A stretch of DNA of 34,122 nucleotides from an uncultured virus (IMG/VR IMGVR_UViG_3300045733_000484). Its lineage: Duplodnaviria; Heunggongvirae; Uroviricota; Caudoviricetes. The notes under the pieces were generated by a model that worked only from the letters and a program-made list of their open reading frames with translations, did not search any database and was not told the origin of the DNA. Positions 12,001 through 17,857 of the stretch are shown here, piece by piece. Location: the IMG/VR virus record IMGVR_UViG_3300045733_000484, one strand, 5' to 3'. How positions within the stretch are numbered: the first letter of the stretch is position 1; each line of letters starts with the position of its first letter. A program made the position numbers and the translations under genes.

Positions 12001-12195
12001 AATGGATGGATGACAGCTCTTGCCTTTACTCCAAAAGAATTGATGAGTAGTCTTGGAATACCTGTTGTTGACCAGGTGAAGAGACTTATCAATCTTGCTA
12101 CAATGAATGGTTCTCCATCAGATCTGAGAAGAAGTCTTCCTCTTAAGAGTACAATAGATTCGTTTACACAGATATATGATCTTTATAATAAATAA
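16..12195 (+). CDS. Giant virion-associated RNA polymerase polyprotein (crAss-like two-barrel RNAP fused to zincin and C-terminal ejection-type region); probably 5'-truncated
   Basis: 4059-aa ORF. NSDFDIDE loop (DFDID nt 4315-4329, aa 1434-1438) is preceded by an RVP motif (nt 4201), as in crAss-like virion RNAPs. HEVLH at nt 8140-8154. The frame is also open from base 1 (S-Y-S-Q-E-M), so the true start may lie left of the window. Confidence 0.85.
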   Translation: MRDRMNESALRDPEKYNSDIVKAHMRHIRYDRFDSKGNIIANDGPTEYVDYNILKTQLIEAISSARVINGRTNVKSMFSEMKRQANRLKADYGTDNRTRNSILSFLETFGREYNPSMDEFKQVARRAADLPGTSKGYKLSHYMMAYHSGAIKQIISEMDIPDKAERIAAIDIKSRISNDLINAVISDMNLRKMNYITINLEFGPDGMQFNRSMFNESSESTMKRHFKGLMEMKFVSDDNVYSQDSLKRVNGTWDEDSSSVYDVSIDGVKKNARGKVLVWNNGKYDWFAKDNDGKIKDAQAMLNFFGVKARMGTVRDIFLNPEIKDQFKIGGDELANYLGHMMASVYAHPQFMDPGTIAAGNFKTRLDAFMEKNSLDINKEDPSEASFITDFFPLIDMVSSIQGYIEGKTSPNFISTVKGESRSNVKLASSLDDKFSNVSNGNASDKIKDETINKFNENKGVIVMNNAPFMLKKNGKYGYTDSLLNKDSGMSIVAVQNINGIKYFLKGTEPDEFVESDYLNVMMTNFMYGVNLGRQDQLLNFMPDALGDSGVLPSFTVSFGTKHNKLLTLSTNESGEKSASVNEDMINNHVGLMFDYHHKARLIALNKFYKLYSGKNAIKLVSQIDQNVALEDQESNLKLLQAELFHNLNGDKRNNKANINYFREELYKAGLIENRDFLIKKGKIVRGNVFDEEYEFNEANYVEFNRLQGSEKTQFRDEIFRHRLHMMANMFNQNPNYEPDSRIGDIKDRMYTREKFTKLDKKGKETKGWKYDWHPIYKSLFYGHMIVNNTISNHTIGNELQFPSITKKQKINKAFNSSGKKPIIGGSYNLPLESNIVRITDVKGSSPFLTNLFGDNVTNEEFDGHEIVNPIYALQLAHSLGGSVTSSMYSDTNIKIFHNSVDPLTHVADQNKMSQFVMNEDWLADTPGAMDLFKFVLTGGKGTQENGINLYDKFRDIQQSGIGPEETGQPLSFMDTLHKLHDFIKEQEEAGVNLHDNYISAISYESVNKSFKGGVNNVAIDALPSTKDLMIDKRDNNGIYYQLNLNHPVVGGDVARSNQFDSNLGVLKDKSTAVTVDIINSILERKNNIRIQTAIDKEGGFKEYLRKLGSQGVENVGRANILGDLYNNKKIDITLPMLYYSAFEAYVSEVNKGIDPRSKGIKAVQQPGTLALFETTDSNGNVFYATQSELKNNKWKTKDKGSVLQHYRFLDKSGKDVSQDVITKYDGDYYNDLAKINKSIRQLSQLMKQPQTESVKSQIDKLITGDAILSKDGLRGKVKSFLSDVKKNIAFMAPAQIGIEFLYRKEFGIGHAETLNQVLSIDTKDGFFNVKANLKKALGSDYYDKTKRNLAIEKMFKTIYTDFKPGEISHRGMTNEQDIATYYKSFLDALIVYGTRVPTPMLSSAFYGEIEVFTPNSGNTVYIPTSKNIFDNSDFDIDELSLYFKDVQMMGGVPTISSTTIDATTTPDINKLSENTTEDILANAKHDAIIKAFTNPDNIDMFTIPLDIQSFRDIVSEQQENSEFKYNNDIATSVNNFISAQLGKTMTGRFANGVTAIGRLMRLTTYAPELVSKLGLSDQLVKNKIPDWDFVKERTTLVITTMAKVLQISVDNAKELILGYLNINQTSGNIVTAMIMNGNNEEDLAKFLSIPVVAETIKDTAETLASNKKTREILDIIDEKIRRINENLSSDREFAIAEKVRRFKYAIEQEFNRKAKEMMMNVSIKNEYTDQWDMFDLSALRGSVYSSDIEKMLTSYKENTTQDNLSKIEDKIASLSEKLANNAEMIQAQDKEYLQYSSDQLEALSELRELHFKGEFIWRITQGFSLYRGIQNKDVLRQATIDNLQFSMNMTLNQYANGIKDGYSWIDEGRFLLGKNVSAETINGMADISGHVQAITEAIKNDKLLTPDKIEFITGSSVGYESEFAKELMKNGFTVTKYISSGSKALLENGMKTFKVDDPNYIVDEDSRSERHLRSLNSKKAKVTINLDATNLHDSVYGEHVENISANKSEKQIGDITGRLDSAVRSNKSETEKVVVNLTGSSIFNVKTKGKTEYETFIETETNIRKFGDVASIFKSLPNIDSYVKALQSIEEVQEEFYNKSPFAKKMLTDYQNMQTVARLSAKQRVAFDRSLQKFIIDMYFNKKGMTADLEDLSISPKKIGAVYDKNVDFSSYEDREYFIAEFPHAILNLQEEMHENKESPLWDKVNDRENAFIGALRFGGQKLIFDSTFLDNTSFYKQEFQKIEREMPNLAELLKLYNLLAHGFQFEYGSYRSIIGDTFYEDISGFMQSVNTNLTSNKGNKMKTQFSNYFLDNSVIMDPDLRNYYSKDTNRLQLLNDEGIYPKYVSDTDVKPRPAGTTGRKNVGYKVVKKHIGDHYETIYSNSTDKMKDIPSNRTVESDKPVVRLTDVKDFRALRSDNKYTVVSFRYPHTYTDSDVYVNGKGAKLHVEDQYKVSLRISGETYKTEEVRKRNDEAESVEFLVSNIADLTGKKMLLIRSGNYFTAESGTDALLFNPRNIHPETSTISNLYLINSSILENNNKNLYDQVADIATKLNQYDSYTTSKKVAELLRDETVIKNENDIKTIDIARRSIITSIGNAIGVPNTNTITFKSTLSDLTSLSTSNGPAFNGLLNSTKAQWDSRMAKISDLTAREIIGRLNTRFSTKTRIVTEAQARVILNRPTGDVPAGFYNNGEAFYVSGKISQDTPIHEVLHPFVESMFTGNKLLYDNILSEILKSTYGQDTKKWVSERYSDQSSADQEKELVTQVLGEQAAKIIPPARNRGLIGVLERFWNWVTDNMRSLFKKEIMASKINPNTTLGELATILSKGGNVITEKYGNLWEQRTNISPKDLVDDLLITKELTNDEGLQVQSHAQKKLENLKAYIYNEIAMTPDKSYKIYTADSGVLEFDLSKIWVAGPEASMAYIEREIVPLIDDENSTKKKALYDWLNSISERDNGFGKLDKETVKKFFGKKGSSKNMFSYDTLKGFKKLIRHSSAAVIMPYSQLSSYFEGTNLKGITDNDLMDSDPMVIIHNQLRNSQGDIESIDISILDLSFNNSDFFGNAGKGLFENYITDDVAKKMNISSINTMYEVKKLQMGFMALKMREVGGKKVNIRSVGVANIGRDMFTPKMADITRLMNMIRQVKNIPDFVGNLNPKLQSLALNEKIQNPRDYLPDYMEMLRMSLYDQLATQTENNNKNAIGTLNTNIDSLNDYLNGTGTDEELKKVLEHRRWLMENVFEINTKDKRDNSEEYWLVSEILGNLKGYKRNPLTSMPDMSNASAWTEWLSSIHDMKNTSLQDIYAVIMRSSDEVSGVFDNEFQKPHKNLVNKLDHNPVLEKLGNVGEKRFQRLFKKQQIIGTDGKMHEINMFEIHTERNAENASLNLTDDELNYANFVADLVEKYTKEMYRHDAQMNGKFFSYDEKDNRVIDTKGLDQYVEDQYNKFWKRGMLPIMPKYATEQIFEGNIGRGIKRWWDRLRNPQELLPEMLELARDNASQDIVRSHFSNQYMGVSTLGYGSTKRLEKLGLDNSSGNLIVPISTNNNGSLKNTDLSENIEEIMRFFVMDALWKPQMDTKVMPEYQGALSRLNGIEQLYNLKQTANVRHLTERMERIVLGKNQWEHESKEWKNLSTGLNLVYKMTTFNGVALSIPVAITSGVGNLTEVNLLALANEFGNPYNTFGVKHLQQAKLEVMMHANKVGAIARQYQIMDMGRFDLLNNQRWKESTNHVWDARTFHYLNWLTDYSVREIVMVAQMMHDGTYDAHSVSKEGVVSYDAKKDTRLFNRDGSVNETTNKNGALHKWIARNLSNDRRITQDPESLPVLGYDLDDQRKFKWIANKFVTGTYDHESTGKFDAFILGKLAAQFKKYLIDKSQVRLGTMKTVSEGGYKQIVVDENGKEREVWIELETQGAYITVASWMSDEIIQPLMKRDFKDLQKFKKLTELQKHNFARTTFDAAIFVGIYALFTGLAKMAPPDQEKPMYLSLMDMRLITAFKNGWMTALAFTPKELMSSLGIPVVDQVKRLINLATMNGSPSDLRRSLPLKSTIDSFTQIYDLYNK

Positions 12196-12200
12196 TTACC

Positions 12201-13076
12201 ATGACAGCACCCGATTTTATTACTCAAGTGACAGAGATACTCGACTATGGAGTTACTTCTGGTTTTCTTATTAAGGATATAACAGGAGAGTATGATGTGT
12301 CTACAAATCCTGGTGGATGGGTCCTCGATGCCGATGATCCTGGAGTAAACCTTGATCCAACAAATGTCCTTAAGGCTATGCTCGTAGTTACTCCATATAA
12401 GAAGGATCCTATATATATCCCTTTAGATATGAGTAATGTAAGTAGTCCTGTATACTGGCAGAAACTTCTTAATCATCTTGGCGGCGCTGGCATAACAATA
12501 ACTAAAGAGATGCTCGGTCTTACAGTTATTGAAGATGGTCATTGGCAGTTTCAGATATATTACTGGCCCGGGTATCAGACAGCGGTCTTTACTCTGGATC
12601 CAAACATTGCTTTAACAGGTGTCGTTCCTATACCATTTAAGATGGGTGAGATCGTCGTAGGACAGACTTCTGGCGCTTCAGGTCATATCATCAAGGTAGA
12701 TGCCACACCTTATCAGATCGCCTGGATTCATGGTACATTTCTTAATGGAGAGGTAGTAACTGGTCAGACTTCCGGAGCTTCCCAGGCTATTACGACATTT
12801 GCTACAGTAGGAAGTATACTAACTACTGAGGTATATTCCTATACTAATCATCAGAGTATACTTACTATCATGCGTAACATGGTAAGGAAACTTCCTCTTG
12901 ATGTTGTTCTTCCCAGGATAAATGAAAAGCATGTATATAATGTTGCTGTAGCCAATAATCTTCTCGACACTCTTGATGATGCTGTAGAGGTAGGTCAGAT
13001 AGCAAACTTTGAAGAGATATTCGATTTTGTCAATGAATATGTAAACCGTATCGATCAGACATACTGCATAACATGA
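12201..13076 (+). CDS. Putative virion structural protein with duplicated FxxGExVxGQTSGAS motif
   Basis: 291 aa, 5 nt after the RNAP stop. Motif copies start at nt 12636 and 12738. Function inferred from context. Confidence 0.55.
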   Translation: MTAPDFITQVTEILDYGVTSGFLIKDITGEYDVSTNPGGWVLDADDPGVNLDPTNVLKAMLVVTPYKKDPIYIPLDMSNVSSPVYWQKLLNHLGGAGITITKEMLGLTVIEDGHWQFQIYYWPGYQTAVFTLDPNIALTGVVPIPFKMGEIVVGQTSGASGHIIKVDATPYQIAWIHGTFLNGEVVTGQTSGASQAITTFATVGSILTTEVYSYTNHQSILTIMRNMVRKLPLDVVLPRINEKHVYNVAVANNLLDTLDDAVEVGQIANFEEIFDFVNEYVNRIDQTYCIT

Positions 13077-13336
13077 AGAATTCTATAACATATGAGGTTC
13101 AGGAAATAGATAATCGTCTTGTCTTTTGGAAGACCAGGATTGTCGAGTTATCCGTCATTCTTGTCAGACGCATGCAGACAGGTAATGAGAAGGCACATGA
13201 AACAGAGATGAGATTAAGTCTCCTTCACGATCTTAAGAAAGGTCTTAATGACTACAGGTTTCAACAGATCTTTTTAACTCAGAGTCAACTCGACAAGATG
13301 ATAAAGATGGGTAATGAACTTGCTTCAATCTATTAA
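13073..13336 (+). CDS. Hypothetical protein (87 aa)
   Basis: ATGA overlap with the upstream gene and 2 nt from the next gene; no recognisable motif. Confidence 0.65.
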   Translation: MKNSITYEVQEIDNRLVFWKTRIVELSVILVRRMQTGNEKAHETEMRLSLLHDLKKGLNDYRFQQIFLTQSQLDKMIKMGNELASIY

Positions 13337-13338
13337 CT

Positions 13339-14640
13339 ATGAAAACTACTTATTTATTGTACAACATCGATACTGAAGAATTAGTAGATATTGATTCTCA
13401 GGATGCAAAACAACTTGTTCCAATCAGTTATTCAGAACTAAAGAATATATTAAACACTCAAGGATACTATATATTTGGTAACCAGGCTATATTACTTATA
13501 AGCATGGAATCAAGGATTGATGAGATCTTTGGTGTTAAGTTCAGAGTAGAGGCTGGATTTGATGGTGATGTGAATACTATAAAAGTTGATTCAAATGGTA
13601 AGATATATTGTGGTGGTAGTTTTACTCATTACAAAGGAATTTCTGCCAATCATATAGTACGTCTAAACAAAGACGGTAGTATAGATACAGTATTCAATTA
13701 CGGAACCGGTTTTGATAATGTTGTAAGTGTAATAGCAATCCAGGCTGATGGTAAGATTCTTCTCGGAGGATATTTTACTACATATAAAGGAGTTTCTGCA
13801 CTAAGTATAATACGATTGAACACTGATGGTAGCAAAGATACAACTCTTAACATGGGAGCTGGACTCATTGGTGATCCTTTATTTGTAAATGCTATAACTG
13901 TTCAGACAGATGGAAAGATAGTTATTGGTGGGTATTTTACTCAATATGGAGCAAGTTATATACAGAATATCATACGTCTGAATGCAAATGGTAGTGTAGA
14001 TGCAGGTTTTCTTACTGCTGCAGATGTAGGTTTCGATTCAAGTGGTTATGTCATTACTATAGTATTACAAGACGATGGTAAGATACTCGTTGGTGGTAAG
14101 TTTAAACAATTCCATGGTTCTGCTGTAGGGTTTAGTATAACACGTCTAAATTCTGATGGAAGTAAGGATACCGGGTTTGTTACAGGTGGAGGGTTTAATA
14201 CTGGTGGTGACTCATATGCCAAGTTCAATGTTTTTTCTATAGTCTTACAGTCAGATGGAAAGATCCTTATAGGTGGAGACTTTACTAAATATAATGGTAC
14301 TGCCATACAGTTCATGATACGACTGAATACTGATGGGACTAACGATAGTACTTTTAGTGTCGGTAGTACATTTAGTGGATCAAAGGTCACGGATATATTA
14401 CTTCAGGGTAGTAAGATCATTGCTGGTGGAAGATTCTTCAAGAGCATAAGAAGATTAAATTCCAGTGGTAGTGTAGATAATACTTTTAATATTGGTCTTG
14501 GGTTTAATCAACTTTTGTATGCACTCGATATCCAATCTGATGGTAAGATACTTGCTGGTGGATCATTTACAAGTTACCAGGGAGTTGTAGCAAATAAGGT
14601 GATCATGTTAAATGCTGATGGAAGTAGTAACTCAATATAA
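13339..14640 (+). CDS. Delta-60 repeat (DUF5122-type) seven-bladed beta-propeller protein, putative receptor-binding/decoration protein
   Basis: Seven ~55-aa repeats of the form V..I.LQ.DGKIL.GG.F..Y.G.....I.RLN.DGS.D..F after a ~60-aa N-terminal segment. Confidence 0.85.
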   Translation: MKTTYLLYNIDTEELVDIDSQDAKQLVPISYSELKNILNTQGYYIFGNQAILLISMESRIDEIFGVKFRVEAGFDGDVNTIKVDSNGKIYCGGSFTHYKGISANHIVRLNKDGSIDTVFNYGTGFDNVVSVIAIQADGKILLGGYFTTYKGVSALSIIRLNTDGSKDTTLNMGAGLIGDPLFVNAITVQTDGKIVIGGYFTQYGASYIQNIIRLNANGSVDAGFLTAADVGFDSSGYVITIVLQDDGKILVGGKFKQFHGSAVGFSITRLNSDGSKDTGFVTGGGFNTGGDSYAKFNVFSIVLQSDGKILIGGDFTKYNGTAIQFMIRLNTDGTNDSTFSVGSTFSGSKVTDILLQGSKIIAGGRFFKSIRRLNSSGSVDNTFNIGLGFNQLLYALDIQSDGKILAGGSFTSYQGVVANKVIMLNADGSSNSI

Positions 14641-14649
14641 AACTTAGTT

Positions 14650-15051
14650 ATGGAAACTTATACTCTTTACAATACAGAGACTAAAGAGAAGAGACTTATA
14701 ACTCTTCAGGATGCAAGTTTTATCTCGAACCTTAATCCTATAAGGTTAAAGAACATGTTAGCATCACAAAGAACCTTCCAGATTGGTTCTAATCTTGTTA
14801 GTGCAGGAGATATTGATGTAGGTCAATCTATATTATTTTCCGGATATATATTGAATAATGGAAATTCTGAAATCATCTCAAGAGGGTTTAAGTATGGATC
14901 ATCTTCTAATAATCTAAGTAACACTATAGTAAGTGAAGATTCTACAGATACATTTACTGTTCAGGTAATCACATCTGTTCCTGTTTATTATCGGGCATAT
15001 GCTGAAAATATAACAGGTATAGGACTTGGAGAAATAAGACAATTAACTTAA
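14650..15051 (+). CDS. Small FN3/Ig-like domain protein sharing its N-terminal module with the propeller protein
   Basis: SGYILNNGNSEIISRGFKYG...YYRAYAEN..GIGLG matches the Bacteroidota FN3-like pattern (G.I..RG..W...YYVRAYATN..G..YG). Confidence 0.6.
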   Translation: METYTLYNTETKEKRLITLQDASFISNLNPIRLKNMLASQRTFQIGSNLVSAGDIDVGQSILFSGYILNNGNSEIISRGFKYGSSSNNLSNTIVSEDSTDTFTVQVITSVPVYYRAYAENITGIGLGEIRQLT

Positions 15052-15063
15052 AAATATACTATC

Positions 15064-17847
15064 ATGGCATTCTCAGGCGCTGGAGCAGGAACAATAGGTG
15101 ATCCATATCAAGTGGTTACTATAACGCATGTACAGGAAGCAAGTGCTTCAGGTAATGGTGTTTATTTTAAACAGATGAATGACATTAACTTTGCTCCTGG
15201 TATAACTGCAGGTACAGGATTCTATTGTCCTTCATTTGGTGGACAGTATGATGGGAATCATAAGCAGATATTGAATCTTCGTGTAGGGATGGCCTATGCT
15301 TTTGGGTTTGAACTTATATCTGGAAGTTCTGTAAAGGATCTTACATTCCGTATTACCAACTCAGTAAACAATAATGAGATGGATAAGGAAAGGATAGTAT
15401 TTGGTAAGGCTGGCGGAACTTTAAATAATGTCAGTCTTACAGATATAAAAATCATTACTTCCGGAACCGGCCAGTTATTATTTCTTTCTAATGCTACTTT
15501 TGCTTCTACATGTACACTTCGTGATATAGTACTCGAAGGTAACATACAGCAAGGATTCAATGCCTCAAGTGTCATTAACTGTACTATAGAGAGTGTAAGA
15601 ATGCTTAAGACATATGCTACTCCGAATGATGCATGGACTCCTATACCATTAGTTGGGAACCTTGGATCTACAGGTGTTATGAAATATTGCCAGGTTATTG
15701 CATTGGGATTAACATGTGTAGATAATGGTCAATCCATTCTGGTTGGATATATGTTTTCCGGAGCAAAGATTCAGGAGTCTTTTGTTTATGGATTTCTTAC
15801 AGTTAATGACCCTTCATTAGATACTTCGATGAGTCATGGTTTTATTGCCATGTATGGAGGAACAATTTCAGATGCATCAGAAGTTAAGGATTCTTATTTC
15901 AAAGGAAAACTTACAGTAAATGGAGGAGAACAAACTTCCGGAGCATCTGCAGATTTAGGAAAGGCTGGATATGCTATTACTGCAGGAAGAGGACTTCAGA
16001 TAAACAGATGTATTGTTAATGCAGATTTCGATACTCCATTGAATGATAACAGAACTTTATTCAGTAATGATATTGCAGGTACCAGAGCAGCAAACAACTT
16101 TTATAAGATAAGTACAGTACAATCCATTACTCCAGTTGATTCAGTAGGAAAACAGGTAGGTCTTAGTGATCAGGAATGGTTAGATAGTGCATCCTTTGAT
16201 ACCTTTGATTTTGATACAATATGGGTAATGGGTGCTGATGGTCCGGAACTAAGAAATAATCCAGTCTATGCATATGAGACATCATTGGTATCTGTTGGGA
16301 TAACAGAACATGTAAGGATCAATGGAACTTCATTTAGTCTGGAATTATCTGCTCAGTTTACATCTGATTATGGTGTAGATATCTATAATGGAGATACTCT
16401 TATCGATAGTATAGCAAATACATTATCAAACACTATCACAGTTCCACTTACTGATGTTTCTTATACTCTAAAGCCATTCTATATGAATGGTGTTACAAAG
16501 GTATATGGTACTCCAGTAACACATATGCATTATGCCATGAATGCTGCTGTAGCTGCTTTAATATCTCTTCCTGCTACTTCCTGGTCAGTATTAGGTAGTA
16601 TATCTACAGGAGCTAATCGTGTTCATGGATCATTACTTTATGATGGATTTATCTATGGAACAACCAGGAATGATGTTTCATATACTGATGCAATGGGACT
16701 TCAGGGAAACAGAGATCATGCAAAACTTGTCAGGATTCCGGAACATGATATAACAAATTATGAACTAATTGATATAAAGGCATGTGTTGATGCTGATAAT
16801 CTCTATGGTATTGGAGAGTTTTCAAAATCATTGGATCAGATAGTTAAGTGTGGAGACTTTTTATATTCTACATTCTATAGTATAAGACCAGCTGCTACCG
16901 AGTATCTGCTTCAGTATGATCCTGCACTAAATTCTTATAAAGTTTTTCGGCTACCAGTAACTATAAGTCCTGGAACAGCTCCATTAACTTCTGATGGAGA
17001 ATATTTATATATAAGTGATTCTGGACATAAGAAGGTTCACAAGATACTTGCCAGTCAGTTTGTGGGAGAATTTCCTCAGTTTAATACAGTTACTCCATTT
17101 GATGTTGTCGTTGCTGCAGTATATGATACTACAAGCCAGGGAGGACATATCCTTGGTGGATATGCTGATGATTTAAAAGGAGAAGTTCATTCTTCATGCA
17201 GTGATGGTAAATACATCTATGTGAGTTTTACAACCAGTCATGCAGTAGGAGATAATGGATCTGGATATTTTCCTTCTCTTGGAATATCTGCTTGTGAGGT
17301 ACATAAGATAAGAAAGAGTGACATGACTCCTGCCGGCTTTGCAAATATTCCAAAGTCTACTGATGATATGACTCAGAATGGAACACATCTATTTTATGGT
17401 GTCGAAGTACAACCTGGAGCAGATGTTGAGACTCTTGGTTATGGATGGGGAGCTTATGCTGTTAGAAAAAGTGATATGAAACTAACTGGACTTCCAAGAC
17501 TTCATTCAAGGGAATTTCCTCCAGCTGTACAGTCTTATGGATCTTTCTTACTTGGTGAATACTTATTTGATCTACGAACAGATAAGTCATTATATGTGCT
17601 TGATATATCTGATGTAGACAATTGGGATCCTGATGAATCTATTGGTAAGAGAACTTTAGCAGGATATATTGTCACTAACCTTGGAGATCTTACCGGTACT
17701 GTTCCTAATGAAATATTAAAAGCTCCTGATAATACTTTTTATGAATTTCAATGGGCATTACCTTCAGGGATAGTTGAGTTTGTAGGTCCAGCTCTTGTCT
17801 TTGACATAGTACCAGTAGTTCAGACTCTTGATGCTATTATAGTATAA
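15064..17847 (+). CDS. Putative tail spike/adhesin: GLUG-type beta-helix plus C-terminal propeller-like region
   Basis: GAGTIGDPYQV..YFKQMNDI..FGGQYDGNHKQILNL opening and FDFDTIW..PEL closing motifs typical of GLUG beta-helix proteins; C-terminal DG.Y.Y-type repeats. Confidence 0.6.
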   Translation: MAFSGAGAGTIGDPYQVVTITHVQEASASGNGVYFKQMNDINFAPGITAGTGFYCPSFGGQYDGNHKQILNLRVGMAYAFGFELISGSSVKDLTFRITNSVNNNEMDKERIVFGKAGGTLNNVSLTDIKIITSGTGQLLFLSNATFASTCTLRDIVLEGNIQQGFNASSVINCTIESVRMLKTYATPNDAWTPIPLVGNLGSTGVMKYCQVIALGLTCVDNGQSILVGYMFSGAKIQESFVYGFLTVNDPSLDTSMSHGFIAMYGGTISDASEVKDSYFKGKLTVNGGEQTSGASADLGKAGYAITAGRGLQINRCIVNADFDTPLNDNRTLFSNDIAGTRAANNFYKISTVQSITPVDSVGKQVGLSDQEWLDSASFDTFDFDTIWVMGADGPELRNNPVYAYETSLVSVGITEHVRINGTSFSLELSAQFTSDYGVDIYNGDTLIDSIANTLSNTITVPLTDVSYTLKPFYMNGVTKVYGTPVTHMHYAMNAAVAALISLPATSWSVLGSISTGANRVHGSLLYDGFIYGTTRNDVSYTDAMGLQGNRDHAKLVRIPEHDITNYELIDIKACVDADNLYGIGEFSKSLDQIVKCGDFLYSTFYSIRPAATEYLLQYDPALNSYKVFRLPVTISPGTAPLTSDGEYLYISDSGHKKVHKILASQFVGEFPQFNTVTPFDVVVAAVYDTTSQGGHILGGYADDLKGEVHSSCSDGKYIYVSFTTSHAVGDNGSGYFPSLGISACEVHKIRKSDMTPAGFANIPKSTDDMTQNGTHLFYGVEVQPGADVETLGYGWGAYAVRKSDMKLTGLPRLHSREFPPAVQSYGSFLLGEYLFDLRTDKSLYVLDISDVDNWDPDESIGKRTLAGYIVTNLGDLTGTVPNEILKAPDNTFYEFQWALPSGIVEFVGPALVFDIVPVVQTLDAIIV

Positions 17848-17857
17848 AATAAATATT

